A DNA stretch of 64,000 bases from a virus (lineage: Duplodnaviria > Caudoviricetes): positions 64,001 to 128,000 of the IMG/VR virus record IMGVR_UViG_3300020050_012045. One strand, given 5' to 3'. The position numbers and the translations under genes are program-made. Below, piece by piece: positions 44,312-53,069 of this stretch. Under the pieces are notes generated by a model. It worked only from the letters and a program-made list of their open reading frames with translations. It was not told the DNA's origin and ran no database searches. The first letter of the stretch is position 1, and each line of letters starts with the position of its first letter.

Positions 44312-47300
44312 TATTGCACCTTAGCCATCTGGGGCATCTTTGAGATAATGTCAGCTGCACGGTCGTTGACAACCCTACCGTAATGCTTATGGAAGTCCTG
44401 GATATACTTTTCTGACTCTGGGGTTAGTCCAGTTTCGATTTGTTTTCTGGCACCGTTCTCGCCCCAACGCCAACCAAGGGCGGAATGTCCAATGTTTCCA
44501 TTAAATACCGACTTCAGCCGATTCCACTCTTTGCCAGCAACAGTGTTGTACAGATGAGGGTTTGTCTGGAACTCTTTTAGGAACGCCGCCTGAACCTGTG
44601 GGTTCTTTTTCAGCTCCAACGGATGCTGTGACAACGGAGCGATGTTCGGGTAGATCTTCCGTAACGTTGGATCGTTGACGAAGTGCTCTAACCCGGTAGA
44701 TGGCTTCATCCCCAACGGGCCGTAAGCGGTTTCAAACTCGCCGCCAGAATGAGCGGCATGGCCCCACAACTTACCACCAGCGGATTCATTCCCGGCTAAT
44801 GCGACTAATTCAGGGTGTAACCCCTGCATGGTCCACGAACGCTTTGCTTCAAACTTGCCTGGAACATGAACTGTTTGGGCATCAGCAGACGTAGCCCCAA
44901 AGCCCTTAGTCTGGTCCATTTGGATTGGGTCTTTAGGCTGAGCCTGTACTGAACCTGACAAAATGGAGGCGGCTGCTAAACCCATTAGCTGATGCTTGAA
45001 AGACTTGCTAAGGGGTTCATTCACTACCACCCATTCTAGTAGCTGTTCAGTGGTCGGGGCAAACGATTTAGCTAGCTGTCCTGGCACGGAAATTGCTGCA
45101 CGGGTCGAGACTGGCTTGACGGCCTTCATGTACCGACATGCTGCGTCAAAGACGTTATGTGGGAGCTTGTCTTTAGCTAAACTAAGATATTGGTTACGAA
45201 AACCATATGAAGCGTACTTCCACGGAACGAGCTTAGGATCGTAAAGTAGAACATGATCAACATCTTCACCCAACCCGCGAACTATCTTGGCAGGAAGTGA
45301 AACCTTCTTATCTGGACAGTTAGCCAACGTCTCAAGGGCGTAAGATGACGGACCGTTAAGAAGAACGTGGTCAACGTCGAGCAAACCTTCACAAACAAGC
45401 TCAGCTAAAGCGTCGTCACCCATGTCGTGCCAGTCGGTCATTGACGACCGTTGGTGTTCTGGAGCGTTTCTCAAAGCTTCCTTGATGACGTTCAGGTTCT
45501 CGCCCTTTTGAACTTGATCAGCTTTTGGATGTTCCCATTCATCTCTTCTTCCCATTGGAAGTCCCGTGTGCTGCTCCAAAGCTCTTACAGCTAAATTTTT
45601 AGCCGATGGATGATCGAATGAGTGAAAATTACATCCACCTTTGTGATTAGCTAAGGCATACAGCTCTTTCTTGTTTGGGTGGACAAAACCCTCTATTCCC
45701 GCGATGTTCTCATCAGATCCTTTTAATTTAGTGTGAGCTATCATGCGGTTTCCGTATGACTTCACCTCTGTCTCGTACGGACTCTCTGGCTGAGCCAGCT
45801 GTTCATCAAGTGAACGACCATCTCCGCGAATAACCGATATTGGGGTTGGCTTAGGTCCGTTGTATTCAGCGTAATGCAAGTGCTTAGGTTCTGTGGCTAA
45901 TTTAACGGATAGTTCCGGATCTTGAGTAAGTTTCTGCCAAGTTTTGTGAGCGCCAAGAGAGACGTGGGTATCGGACGCCATTCGTCCATGCGTTTTGACC
46001 ATTTGCTTATACAGCAAGGTTCCGTATCCTTGACCTATAAGGTGGCGAGCTGTGGCCGTTTCACCATGCTGAACAACAGGGTGCTCATCGTTCCATGGGA
46101 GCCCTCTGTCTACATTGTATTGAGAAGCAGGGGTAGTGCCCGAAGCCGAACTGGCGAACCTCTCGCCAGCGAGCGGAGTTGGGCTGTTTGTTAATTCATG
46201 AAAGGTAGAGACATACCCCGATTGACCGACTGGCTGGTGATAAACATGATGATATATGCGACCGCCACCTAAGTCGGTGTTGGTGTCGTATGTTTCAACT
46301 TTATGCTGAGCTTCACTGCCGTAGATTTTATGGGGAGTCATACGTCGAGCAGTGTCTTCGCTAGTCAAGCCCACTTTCTTGAGATCTTCACCCTTAAGGA
46401 CGTACTCGTATGGAGCGAACCGAGAATCAAAGTCGCCTGGCTGCTTGTCGCCGACCGTAGATGCTTCGGGTTTGTAGTCCATTCCGTGCTTTTGAGACAA
46501 ATGTTGGTGAACAGCGGACGCAGCAGTTGAATGCTCGTCTCCCTTAACTCGGCCAATACCCAGATGCTTAGCATGAACAAGAAGCGCTTCGTAAGCGAGC
46601 TTGCCTAGCCCCTTGCCTCTGTGTGGGTTATCCACAGACGAGAACCGTACCCTAGCTACAGACGGTTTGAAATGGAGCATTCCAGAAACCATTCCGGCTT
46701 CCTTAGCTTTGTGCCAAATCTTGGCTCCAATACCGTGCTCTCCTGGATCGCCAAAGTCGCGGGTTTCGACAGTCATCCGATAACCGTCTTTGACCAGCTC
46801 AGGGGGCAACATATGCGTGTACGAGTGAACTGGACCCCAATGGGTTGAAGTCAGCTTCTTGCCCTTAGGGATATCCGACAGGGATTTAGATAGGTCTTCA
46901 GCTGGAGCTTCGTTATCTTCCCAGTTTTCCTCGTCAAAGGATTCAGGTTGAATGTCAATCCCAGTCTTGGTGACGGTTTCAAGCTTGTACTGAGACGCAT
47001 CGCTCAGATGTAACGCCTTCATTTGGGCGATTTTGTTGATTGCGTCACGACGTTGGTTGTTTGAGCCATCGTCATTGGTCGCTTGATCAGAGGAATCATA
47101 GGTTTCGACGTGCAGCCCCATGTTGCGAAGGAGTTGCTTAGTATGCTCAGACGCCGTATGTGGAACGACAGCACCCTTGAACTCATGAAGACCGACCGCT
47201 CGCTGAGGCTTAGCTTCAAAATACTCGGTTGGTAGGTTACGCAGACGATGAGCGAATTCTGCGATCTTGGCGACTTGGTGAGGCTGGAGGTCCAGGCCAG

Positions 47301-49032
47301 ACTCTTTAAGTTCGCGGCTTAAATACTTACCCTTTTTGTAAGACTCGCCCATCGCTTCCAAGACTGGAGACGAAGACAGGTCATTAGCGCTCAGGAAGTC
47401 TGTGAACTCATTGTCTAGTTGCTCGCACTGAGCCTTGAAGCTCTTGTTGTCAATTACCTTGTGACGATCCTTTTGGATGTCCTCGACCGAACGGAATTTC
47501 TTGGCCCCAATAGCTCTGGTAGATCCAAGGCCGTAGTTAAAGTTCTCGCCGCCACGCACTGGCTTCTTTGTGACTTCTTTAACGATATTGGACAGCGTAT
47601 ATGGAAGCTTACGATCCCTAGGGCCGTTGATGGTATCAACACGCTTAGGTATGTAGCGGTCACCAACCAGTTCCTTTTCTTTCGAGGCTTTCCAGTGGTC
47701 GAAGTCTTCTTTATGGGGCTCGATTAGCTTAGACACCTGTTCATTGTAGTGGTCAGGATCGTGTTCTGTTTCGCCAACCTTGTTCGCCTGAGTTACAATG
47801 CGATCCATTGCGCCATAGTTTAATTGACCATTATCAAAAAGATAATCGTACTCTGGCGCTCTTACCAATCTCTGAACGACTTCTTCATCTAGGTCAGTGC
47901 GGTTCCCAGCAAAATTGTGACTCTCGATAGCTTTTTTAACGGCATCTGACAAAGTTTTGTGCTCTGGTGAGCCAAACACTATGTTCCGGCTCAAAGCTGG
48001 GGTGCCGCGAAGCTGTTGAACATGAGGTGATACTACCCATTCATGTCTGTCGATCTTTTTGGGTCTGGTCTGAGTAGGGACTGCAATGCCCTTCTCTTTA
48101 AGAAAAAGAGACGAGAGGACTTTGTTAGGTGTATCGCCCACGTACCTAGGGTCCGTTAACTTGCCACTTGCTAACAGGTCAGTCTCTATACCCTGATCGG
48201 CACCGTTCTTGTCTACAAGCTTAGCGTGCTCTCTTAGGTCTCTTGCGAAGTTAGTCCACTTTTTCTCGTTGAGCGCGAACTTAGCCCGTGGATGTCTAGG
48301 CGAGTAAACATCTGCGTCAAATACGGGCACACCCTGTTTAGGGTCAACCAAGGTGTGGTCGCCAACCAGAGTAATCTCACCAAACGAAGACAAGGGGTGG
48401 TCTTTGTGAGCAATCGCAATCGATGGGGCGGCCAACCCACCAAGCTCGTGAGCATGATGAAGCCCAGCTTCGCTTAGGTTGTGGGTAACTATTAAGTTCT
48501 TCTCTGGTTCAGGCTTTGCTTTAGCCTTGACTGGTTTTGGGCCAGTTGGCTTAGCGGACAACCCAGCAACGAGCTGTGCATCTTCGGTCTTAATCAAGTC
48601 CAGGTATTCGATTGGCATCAACTGGAGCAGAACGTTGTGACCTTCTGGAATATGAAGGTTGTTGGCGATCTTAGCTGGAAGCCCATGCTTGATGTCAACG
48701 AACTTCAACGAGTCTTCAACGAACTCATCGTCCGGGTCGTTCTTGCATGATGGAACGTAGTCAGCTGGAGCTTTAACCTTGAACACATGGACAATCATCT
48801 CGCCAGACTTGATGTGCTTACAGCCAATGTACTGGCAGTCCTCTTCAGTCAGGTCGAGGTCACCCTCTTCTTTAGCTTCACGAATAGCGGCTTCAGTTGG
48901 GGACTCATCACCTTCCATAGAGCCGGCTATGGTCGTCCAGGAAGAGTTATCCTTGCGACGCCCCCACAACATAGCGCCGTCAGGGTTAAAGACGCCGAGG
49001 CAGACGACTTGTTTTGGTTGTGAGTTTTTCAT
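44311..49032 (-). CDS. giant polyvalent protein: Nudix, HNL..PSIA..YFEAK domain, two GNATs and SLT lytic transglycosylase
   Basis: Nudix box GSMEGDESPTEAAIREAKEEG; HRGKGLGKLAY; LIGQGYGTLLY; NES..AYGPLGMKPST..ALGWRWG. Confidence 0.85.
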   Translation of the reverse strand: MKNSQPKQVVCLGVFNPDGAMLWGRRKDNSSWTTIAGSMEGDESPTEAAIREAKEEGDLDLTEEDCQYIGCKHIKSGEMIVHVFKVKAPADYVPSCKNDPDDEFVEDSLKFVDIKHGLPAKIANNLHIPEGHNVLLQLMPIEYLDLIKTEDAQLVAGLSAKPTGPKPVKAKAKPEPEKNLIVTHNLSEAGLHHAHELGGLAAPSIAIAHKDHPLSSFGEITLVGDHTLVDPKQGVPVFDADVYSPRHPRAKFALNEKKWTNFARDLREHAKLVDKNGADQGIETDLLASGKLTDPRYVGDTPNKVLSSLFLKEKGIAVPTQTRPKKIDRHEWVVSPHVQQLRGTPALSRNIVFGSPEHKTLSDAVKKAIESHNFAGNRTDLDEEVVQRLVRAPEYDYLFDNGQLNYGAMDRIVTQANKVGETEHDPDHYNEQVSKLIEPHKEDFDHWKASKEKELVGDRYIPKRVDTINGPRDRKLPYTLSNIVKEVTKKPVRGGENFNYGLGSTRAIGAKKFRSVEDIQKDRHKVIDNKSFKAQCEQLDNEFTDFLSANDLSSSPVLEAMGESYKKGKYLSRELKESGLDLQPHQVAKIAEFAHRLRNLPTEYFEAKPQRAVGLHEFKGAVVPHTASEHTKQLLRNMGLHVETYDSSDQATNDDGSNNQRRDAINKIAQMKALHLSDASQYKLETVTKTGIDIQPESFDEENWEDNEAPAEDLSKSLSDIPKGKKLTSTHWGPVHSYTHMLPPELVKDGYRMTVETRDFGDPGEHGIGAKIWHKAKEAGMVSGMLHFKPSVARVRFSSVDNPHRGKGLGKLAYEALLVHAKHLGIGRVKGDEHSTAASAVHQHLSQKHGMDYKPEASTVGDKQPGDFDSRFAPYEYVLKGEDLKKVGLTSEDTARRMTPHKIYGSEAQHKVETYDTNTDLGGGRIYHHVYHQPVGQSGYVSTFHELTNSPTPLAGERFASSASGTTPASQYNVDRGLPWNDEHPVVQHGETATARHLIGQGYGTLLYKQMVKTHGRMASDTHVSLGAHKTWQKLTQDPELSVKLATEPKHLHYAEYNGPKPTPISVIRGDGRSLDEQLAQPESPYETEVKSYGNRMIAHTKLKGSDENIAGIEGFVHPNKKELYALANHKGGCNFHSFDHPSAKNLAVRALEQHTGLPMGRRDEWEHPKADQVQKGENLNVIKEALRNAPEHQRSSMTDWHDMGDDALAELVCEGLLDVDHVLLNGPSSYALETLANCPDKKVSLPAKIVRGLGEDVDHVLLYDPKLVPWKYASYGFRNQYLSLAKDKLPHNVFDAACRYMKAVKPVSTRAAISVPGQLAKSFAPTTEQLLEWVVVNEPLSKSFKHQLMGLAAASILSGSVQAQPKDPIQMDQTKGFGATSADAQTVHVPGKFEAKRSWTMQGLHPELVALAGNESAGGKLWGHAAHSGGEFETAYGPLGMKPSTGLEHFVNDPTLRKIYPNIAPLSQHPLELKKNPQVQAAFLKEFQTNPHLYNTVAGKEWNRLKSVFNGNIGHSALGWRWGENGARKQIETGLTPESEKYIQDFHKHYGRVVNDRAADIISKMPQMAKVQ

Positions 49033-49041
49033 ATAATATTA

Positions 49042-49884
49042 TTAAATGGTACTCATTGACCATTTTGTTCCGAACATCATTTTCAGCTTACCACGGATAG
49101 CGTCCAATCGCTTCTCAAGTTCAGCGATCTTCAACTGGAACCGCTGTGGGCCAGGATTTGATTGAGACTGTGACATCCCATCAATGCCCAACGAGTAGGA
49201 GCTGACTTGATACATGGCAGCAAGAGCGTTGCAGATGTCGATAGCGGCTTTACAGCCAATTGCTTGATTGACGACACGTGGAACCATACCGCCCGGAAAC
49301 CCAGCGGTGTAGGTAACTTTCCATGACTGGGGAGTGAACGGTTGGCGACGAATAATATCAATCAGAAGAGCACCAGTAGATGACGACGAATTCAAACCAG
49401 CCGAATAGACACTTGGACCAGAAGCCCAAATGTTAATCTGTCCACGAGAGTACATCCCGTCCTGAAGCCATTCTTTTGGTACTATCCATCCAACATCATT
49501 TCCATTGGGGGTTAATGCGACTTGTTCAACAGATAGAATCGGTTTATGTTGAAGCCGGAAATAGCCAAACTGAAGCATGTGGTTTTGATCATATGGCATC
49601 CGCTCAGATCTCTGAACAGGAAAGATGTCGATACCAAAATCAAGCTCAAGCGCAGCGATAGCATCCAAAATGTGCTCTTGGACAGTTTCATCGGTCATTC
49701 GATCAAACTGACCAGTTACCCGATTCTTAAGCGGGGCAACCAGGTCAATCCCAAGAAGGTACATCTGCTTGAGCTTTTCGACACTGATGACCGGCTGGAC
49801 TCGGCTCCACTCCTGGCCATCGATTGCATTTTCTGGGAAGACGCCATTGGGGTTTGGGCGGCTGTTGTTGCTGTAATCTGCCAT
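49042..49884 (-). CDS. head-tail adaptor / neck protein
   Basis: PILSVEQV, WKVTYTAGF and SYSLGIDGMSQS adaptor motifs. Confidence 0.75.
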   Translation of the reverse strand: MADYSNNSRPNPNGVFPENAIDGQEWSRVQPVISVEKLKQMYLLGIDLVAPLKNRVTGQFDRMTDETVQEHILDAIAALELDFGIDIFPVQRSERMPYDQNHMLQFGYFRLQHKPILSVEQVALTPNGNDVGWIVPKEWLQDGMYSRGQINIWASGPSVYSAGLNSSSSTGALLIDIIRRQPFTPQSWKVTYTAGFPGGMVPRVVNQAIGCKAAIDICNALAAMYQVSSYSLGIDGMSQSQSNPGPQRFQLKIAELEKRLDAIRGKLKMMFGTKWSMSTI

Positions 49885-49893
49885 GTGAACCTC

Positions 49894-50307
49894 TTAGCAA
49901 AATGTCTGGGACAAGGACGTAAACGAGATAGCTTGCTGAACGTTACCTCGGGTGACTTTCCCCGCTTCGTTCAGTGCCAACTGGAGCGTAAACGTCCCCT
50001 TCAATAAATCAGTAGCCAACAGCGTGATCTTCCAGATAGAGGCATCCTGGACGAACGGCTGGCTAGCCCATCGAATCACCGTTTTGGCGTCATCGATTGA
50101 TTGCAGGGTGGTTTGCAGGGTAGCGCCAGCTAACGGCATATACCGGCGAAACGCTGGAGAGAAGCCTTTGTTGGGTAAATCTTGAGATTTGTCAACCAGT
50201 TGGATAAACAGGTCAACCGAGTCGCCCTCAGTGGCTTCTGCTGTTTGGGTATATTCAAAGGAATTGACGTTCGCAACGTCTGTCAGGATTCTAGCGCCTA
50301 AAAACAT
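49894..50307 (-). CDS. virion structural protein (Ig-like beta fold)
   Basis: Behind late motif; beta-rich. Confidence 0.65.
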   Translation of the reverse strand: MFLGARILTDVANVNSFEYTQTAEATEGDSVDLFIQLVDKSQDLPNKGFSPAFRRYMPLAGATLQTTLQSIDDAKTVIRWASQPFVQDASIWKITLLATDLLKGTFTLQLALNEAGKVTRGNVQQAISFTSLSQTFC

Positions 50308-50327
50308 CTTTGGACCTCAATTTGAGG

Positions 50328-50753
50328 TTAAAGATTGTCCGTTTGGACGGGGGCCAGATACTCAGAGCCATATGGAGACGGAGCATAGGTCAGGAATGCC
50401 TTGGTTGGGGTGATGGTATCTACCGTCCAGACGCCATTAACCTGAGATCCAGTGGTCTCAAACACGAACTCGACAGCCAGGCCGGTAGCTTCAATCTCAA
50501 GACGCTCTGGGGAGTCGTACTGGATTGCAGCTTTCAGGGTCACACGACCGTCACGGGCGGACTCTTCGTCAAAACTCAAGACGCCGACAGCGGTTTTCTG
50601 GTCAACCCCAAACAGTGGAAGTGTCGGGGTTTCAATCGACGCATTGTCAGACAGATTGAAAAAGGGGTGAGAAATAAGCGCTTGGACATTAAATGGAGCT
50701 TCTGTGCCAAAAAACTTAACGTCTGTATCTTTGAAATCTTGAACGATATCCAT
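50328..50753 (-). CDS. hypothetical protein
   Basis: AGGAG RBS; TAATG coupling. Confidence 0.65.
   Translation of the reverse strand: MDIVQDFKDTDVKFFGTEAPFNVQALISHPFFNLSDNASIETPTLPLFGVDQKTAVGVLSFDEESARDGRVTLKAAIQYDSPERLEIEATGLAVEFVFETTGSQVNGVWTVDTITPTKAFLTYAPSPYGSEYLAPVQTDNL
50330..50337 (-). promoter_or_regulatory. putative late promoter CAATCTTT
   Basis: 22 nt before ATG 50307. Confidence 0.65.
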
Positions 50754-51013
50754 TACTTAACTCCTGTTTCAGGTTCAGATTGTGGTAGCAAATCCTGGGA
50801 TTCAACCCGAACGTTAGAATTCACAATAGCCTTAGCTTCGGCCCGAGAGTAGTATCTGCCGTCTTGGTCTACAAAGCCGCCGTCTTTGTCTGCTAAGTTC
50901 TCCAGATCGGAAGTTCCGTTAGGGAGAAGGTTGGCGTCATGAAATGTGCCGGTTGAGATAATGCGGCCATCCTTCATGAGAAATGCGGCTTTCCAAGTCT
51001 TTGGGTTGATCAT
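50753..51013 (-). CDS. hypothetical protein
   Basis: GGFVDQDGRYYSRAEA motif common in phage hypotheticals; start at MINPK. Confidence 0.6.
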   Translation of the reverse strand: MINPKTWKAAFLMKDGRIISTGTFHDANLLPNGTSDLENLADKDGGFVDQDGRYYSRAEAKAIVNSNVRVESQDLLPQSEPETGVK

Positions 51014-51231
51014 TCGTTTTCCTTCAGCCATTCGGCTTCGAGTTCGGCATCCACCTTTGGTGATGGTATCTCAAGTTCTATGATGTCGTCAACCTCTTTG
51101 GAAAGCTTCTTAAGTAGGGCTTTATCCTTGGGATGTTTGCTGGTTTTGAGGGGTTTCATTTGGTCAGCCAGGGAGGCTAAAGCTTCCTTGACGGTCATCT
51201 TCTTAGCGAGCACTTGAGCGAACCTGTTCAT
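51010..51231 (-). CDS. hypothetical protein
   Basis: Coupled ORF. Confidence 0.6.
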   Translation of the reverse strand: MNRFAQVLAKKMTVKEALASLADQMKPLKTSKHPKDKALLKKLSKEVDDIIELEIPSPKVDAELEAEWLKENE

Positions 51232-51239
51232 ACTTATTA

Positions 51240-51503
51240 CTAGCCTGATATGCCCTGAACTTCAAAGTCTGACAGGTCCAGATGATCGTAGGATCGACCA
51301 TCAACACCTGTGGCATTTACAAGCTGCTTCCGACCGATCTTAACTTGGCAGTTCCGGCATTGAACGTAGTCACCCCAGATGTTGGCCGTCATGGTGCCCT
51401 TGGCATCTGGAGCAAGGTTCGGGTAGCATGCGTGCGTAACACGTCCAGTAGACAGGTGTCCTTGAAAGAGATCTAAAAGATCTTGTGGAGTTGCCTTACT
51501 CAT
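51240..51503 (-). CDS. small Zn-binding hypothetical protein
   Basis: HxC...CxxC. Confidence 0.6.
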   Translation of the reverse strand: MSKATPQDLLDLFQGHLSTGRVTHACYPNLAPDAKGTMTANIWGDYVQCRNCQVKIGRKQLVNATGVDGRSYDHLDLSDFEVQGISG

Positions 51504-52200
51504 ACCTGTCCCCCAAGAAGCATTCGTCTACGAAATTGTAGATCTTTTTCTTAAAGGTATCCAAACTGCCGTAGTTGCCGATTACTCTATCAAACCAGTA
51601 TTCTGAACAGCGGTCCAGAGACTTCTCTGACTCATGCTCGTTCAATGGGGGATCCTCATACCCTAAGATAAGAGCCGTTGTTGCTCCAGCTGCATTGAGG
51701 GCTAGAAGCTCGTTAGGAAATCGAACGTCAGTGATCACAACTAAACTGGCGCTGGTTGTCAGAAGGTGTTGAGCCCTTGCAAGACCAGCATTTACCCAAA
51801 TGTCTTTATCCACCTTGTCACGCAGGAGGTCTGTTCCGACAAACTGGAGCACTTGGCGTGCTGTCCACTGTGGGGTAATTTGACGTACAGCGTCCAGAAT
51901 GTTCTGGTAGTAATCGTGGTGGGGGTAACCTAGAGAAGCAAGGAAGTGTTCGATCTTCCGAACCGCTGTGGTCTTTGCTGCCTCACCCCAAAGGTCTCCA
52001 AGAACATGGCTGTCTCTAAGAGAGCTTGGTCCACGCAATACACTCGCAGGAATCCCAAATACGTCAGAACATAGTTCCTTCAAAGAATCGGCAAACGCTA
52101 CTTCCTTAACCTCGTTCCCCAGGTGAACACGGACACATTCAGCAGCTGTATTCTTGCCTACACCCTTACGTCCTGCGAATGCGATAATTGGGTATTTCAC
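51496..52200 (-). CDS. deoxynucleoside monophosphate kinase
   Basis: GRKGVGKNT P-loop, AFADSLK, RQVLQFVGTD, DVRFPNE and HESE. Confidence 0.92.
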   Translation of the reverse strand: MKYPIIAFAGRKGVGKNTAAECVRVHLGNEVKEVAFADSLKELCSDVFGIPASVLRGPSSLRDSHVLGDLWGEAAKTTAVRKIEHFLASLGYPHHDYYQNILDAVRQITPQWTARQVLQFVGTDLLRDKVDKDIWVNAGLARAQHLLTTSASLVVITDVRFPNELLALNAAGATTALILGYEDPPLNEHESEKSLDRCSEYWFDRVIGNYGSLDTFKKKIYNFVDECFLGDRYE

Positions 52201-53069
52201 AGTCCCATCCTTAATCCGGTTTTGTTGTCTGACTTGCGGCCTGTCTCACCATGCCAGAACTTACGGTATTGCACAAACGGATAATCGAACTGAGATCGCC
52301 GGTAATCTCTCAGGGTGGTGACTTTAGCACAATGAGCAAACGGCGACCAATGTCCAGAAGCTATTAAACGGTCGTGAAGCTCGATATCCTTGGCGATATC
52401 TCGAACACCATCATGGGTCATGTATGAAACCCTGGCGATTCTTCCGGTAGCGATTTTTAGCAGGGTGTCAATTGGTAACGACTGGCGTTCTTCGTCTGTT
52501 ACCATCGGAATGTGCCAATCGCCTTGTCTAACTTTCCGGGGTACACTGGCTTCACACTGCTCCTTCATCATATCGGCAATTTTCTTGATCTCTGGCTGGG
52601 CGTCTGGATGACAACGGAGCTTGAAGAAGTTGTCCCATTCTGTGGCTGAACAAATTACCGTGTGGTACATGTAGGTTTCAAGCCCGCGACCTGCCAGCTG
52701 TTTGTGGAGTCCCATATCCAAAAGAGTCTTAGCTTGCTTGACAGCGGCGTCACGGCCTTCTAGCCATTGGCTTCTTAACGCTTCATGTTGTTCAGCGGGC
52801 AACTCCTCTGAGGCTGACATTCCAGGCTGGTTCTTACCCCAAAAGAACGGAATGAATGGATCGTCCATCACCTGTTGAATCATCTTGGCGGTAGGCTGAG
52901 CACGGGTGCTAGCTGAATTACGAACTACGGCTGAGTGTGTATTAAACTCTGCAAGGACAATACGGGGGAAGGTGACCTGGAAGGTAGTTAGGCGGACGGT
53001 GACGGGTGCAGACCACTCTGGAACCACTAAGTACGCCGAATCTAGGAGAATTTTGCAGTCGTAACTCAT
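52197..53069 (-). CDS. thyX: flavin-dependent thymidylate synthase
   Basis: LAEFNTHS..RNSASTRA, NFFKLR..PDAQPEI, ARVSY and HWSPF.H. Confidence 0.88.
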   Translation of the reverse strand: MSYDCKILLDSAYLVVPEWSAPVTVRLTTFQVTFPRIVLAEFNTHSAVVRNSASTRAQPTAKMIQQVMDDPFIPFFWGKNQPGMSASEELPAEQHEALRSQWLEGRDAAVKQAKTLLDMGLHKQLAGRGLETYMYHTVICSATEWDNFFKLRCHPDAQPEIKKIADMMKEQCEASVPRKVRQGDWHIPMVTDEERQSLPIDTLLKIATGRIARVSYMTHDGVRDIAKDIELHDRLIASGHWSPFAHCAKVTTLRDYRRSQFDYPFVQYRKFWHGETGRKSDNKTGLRMGL

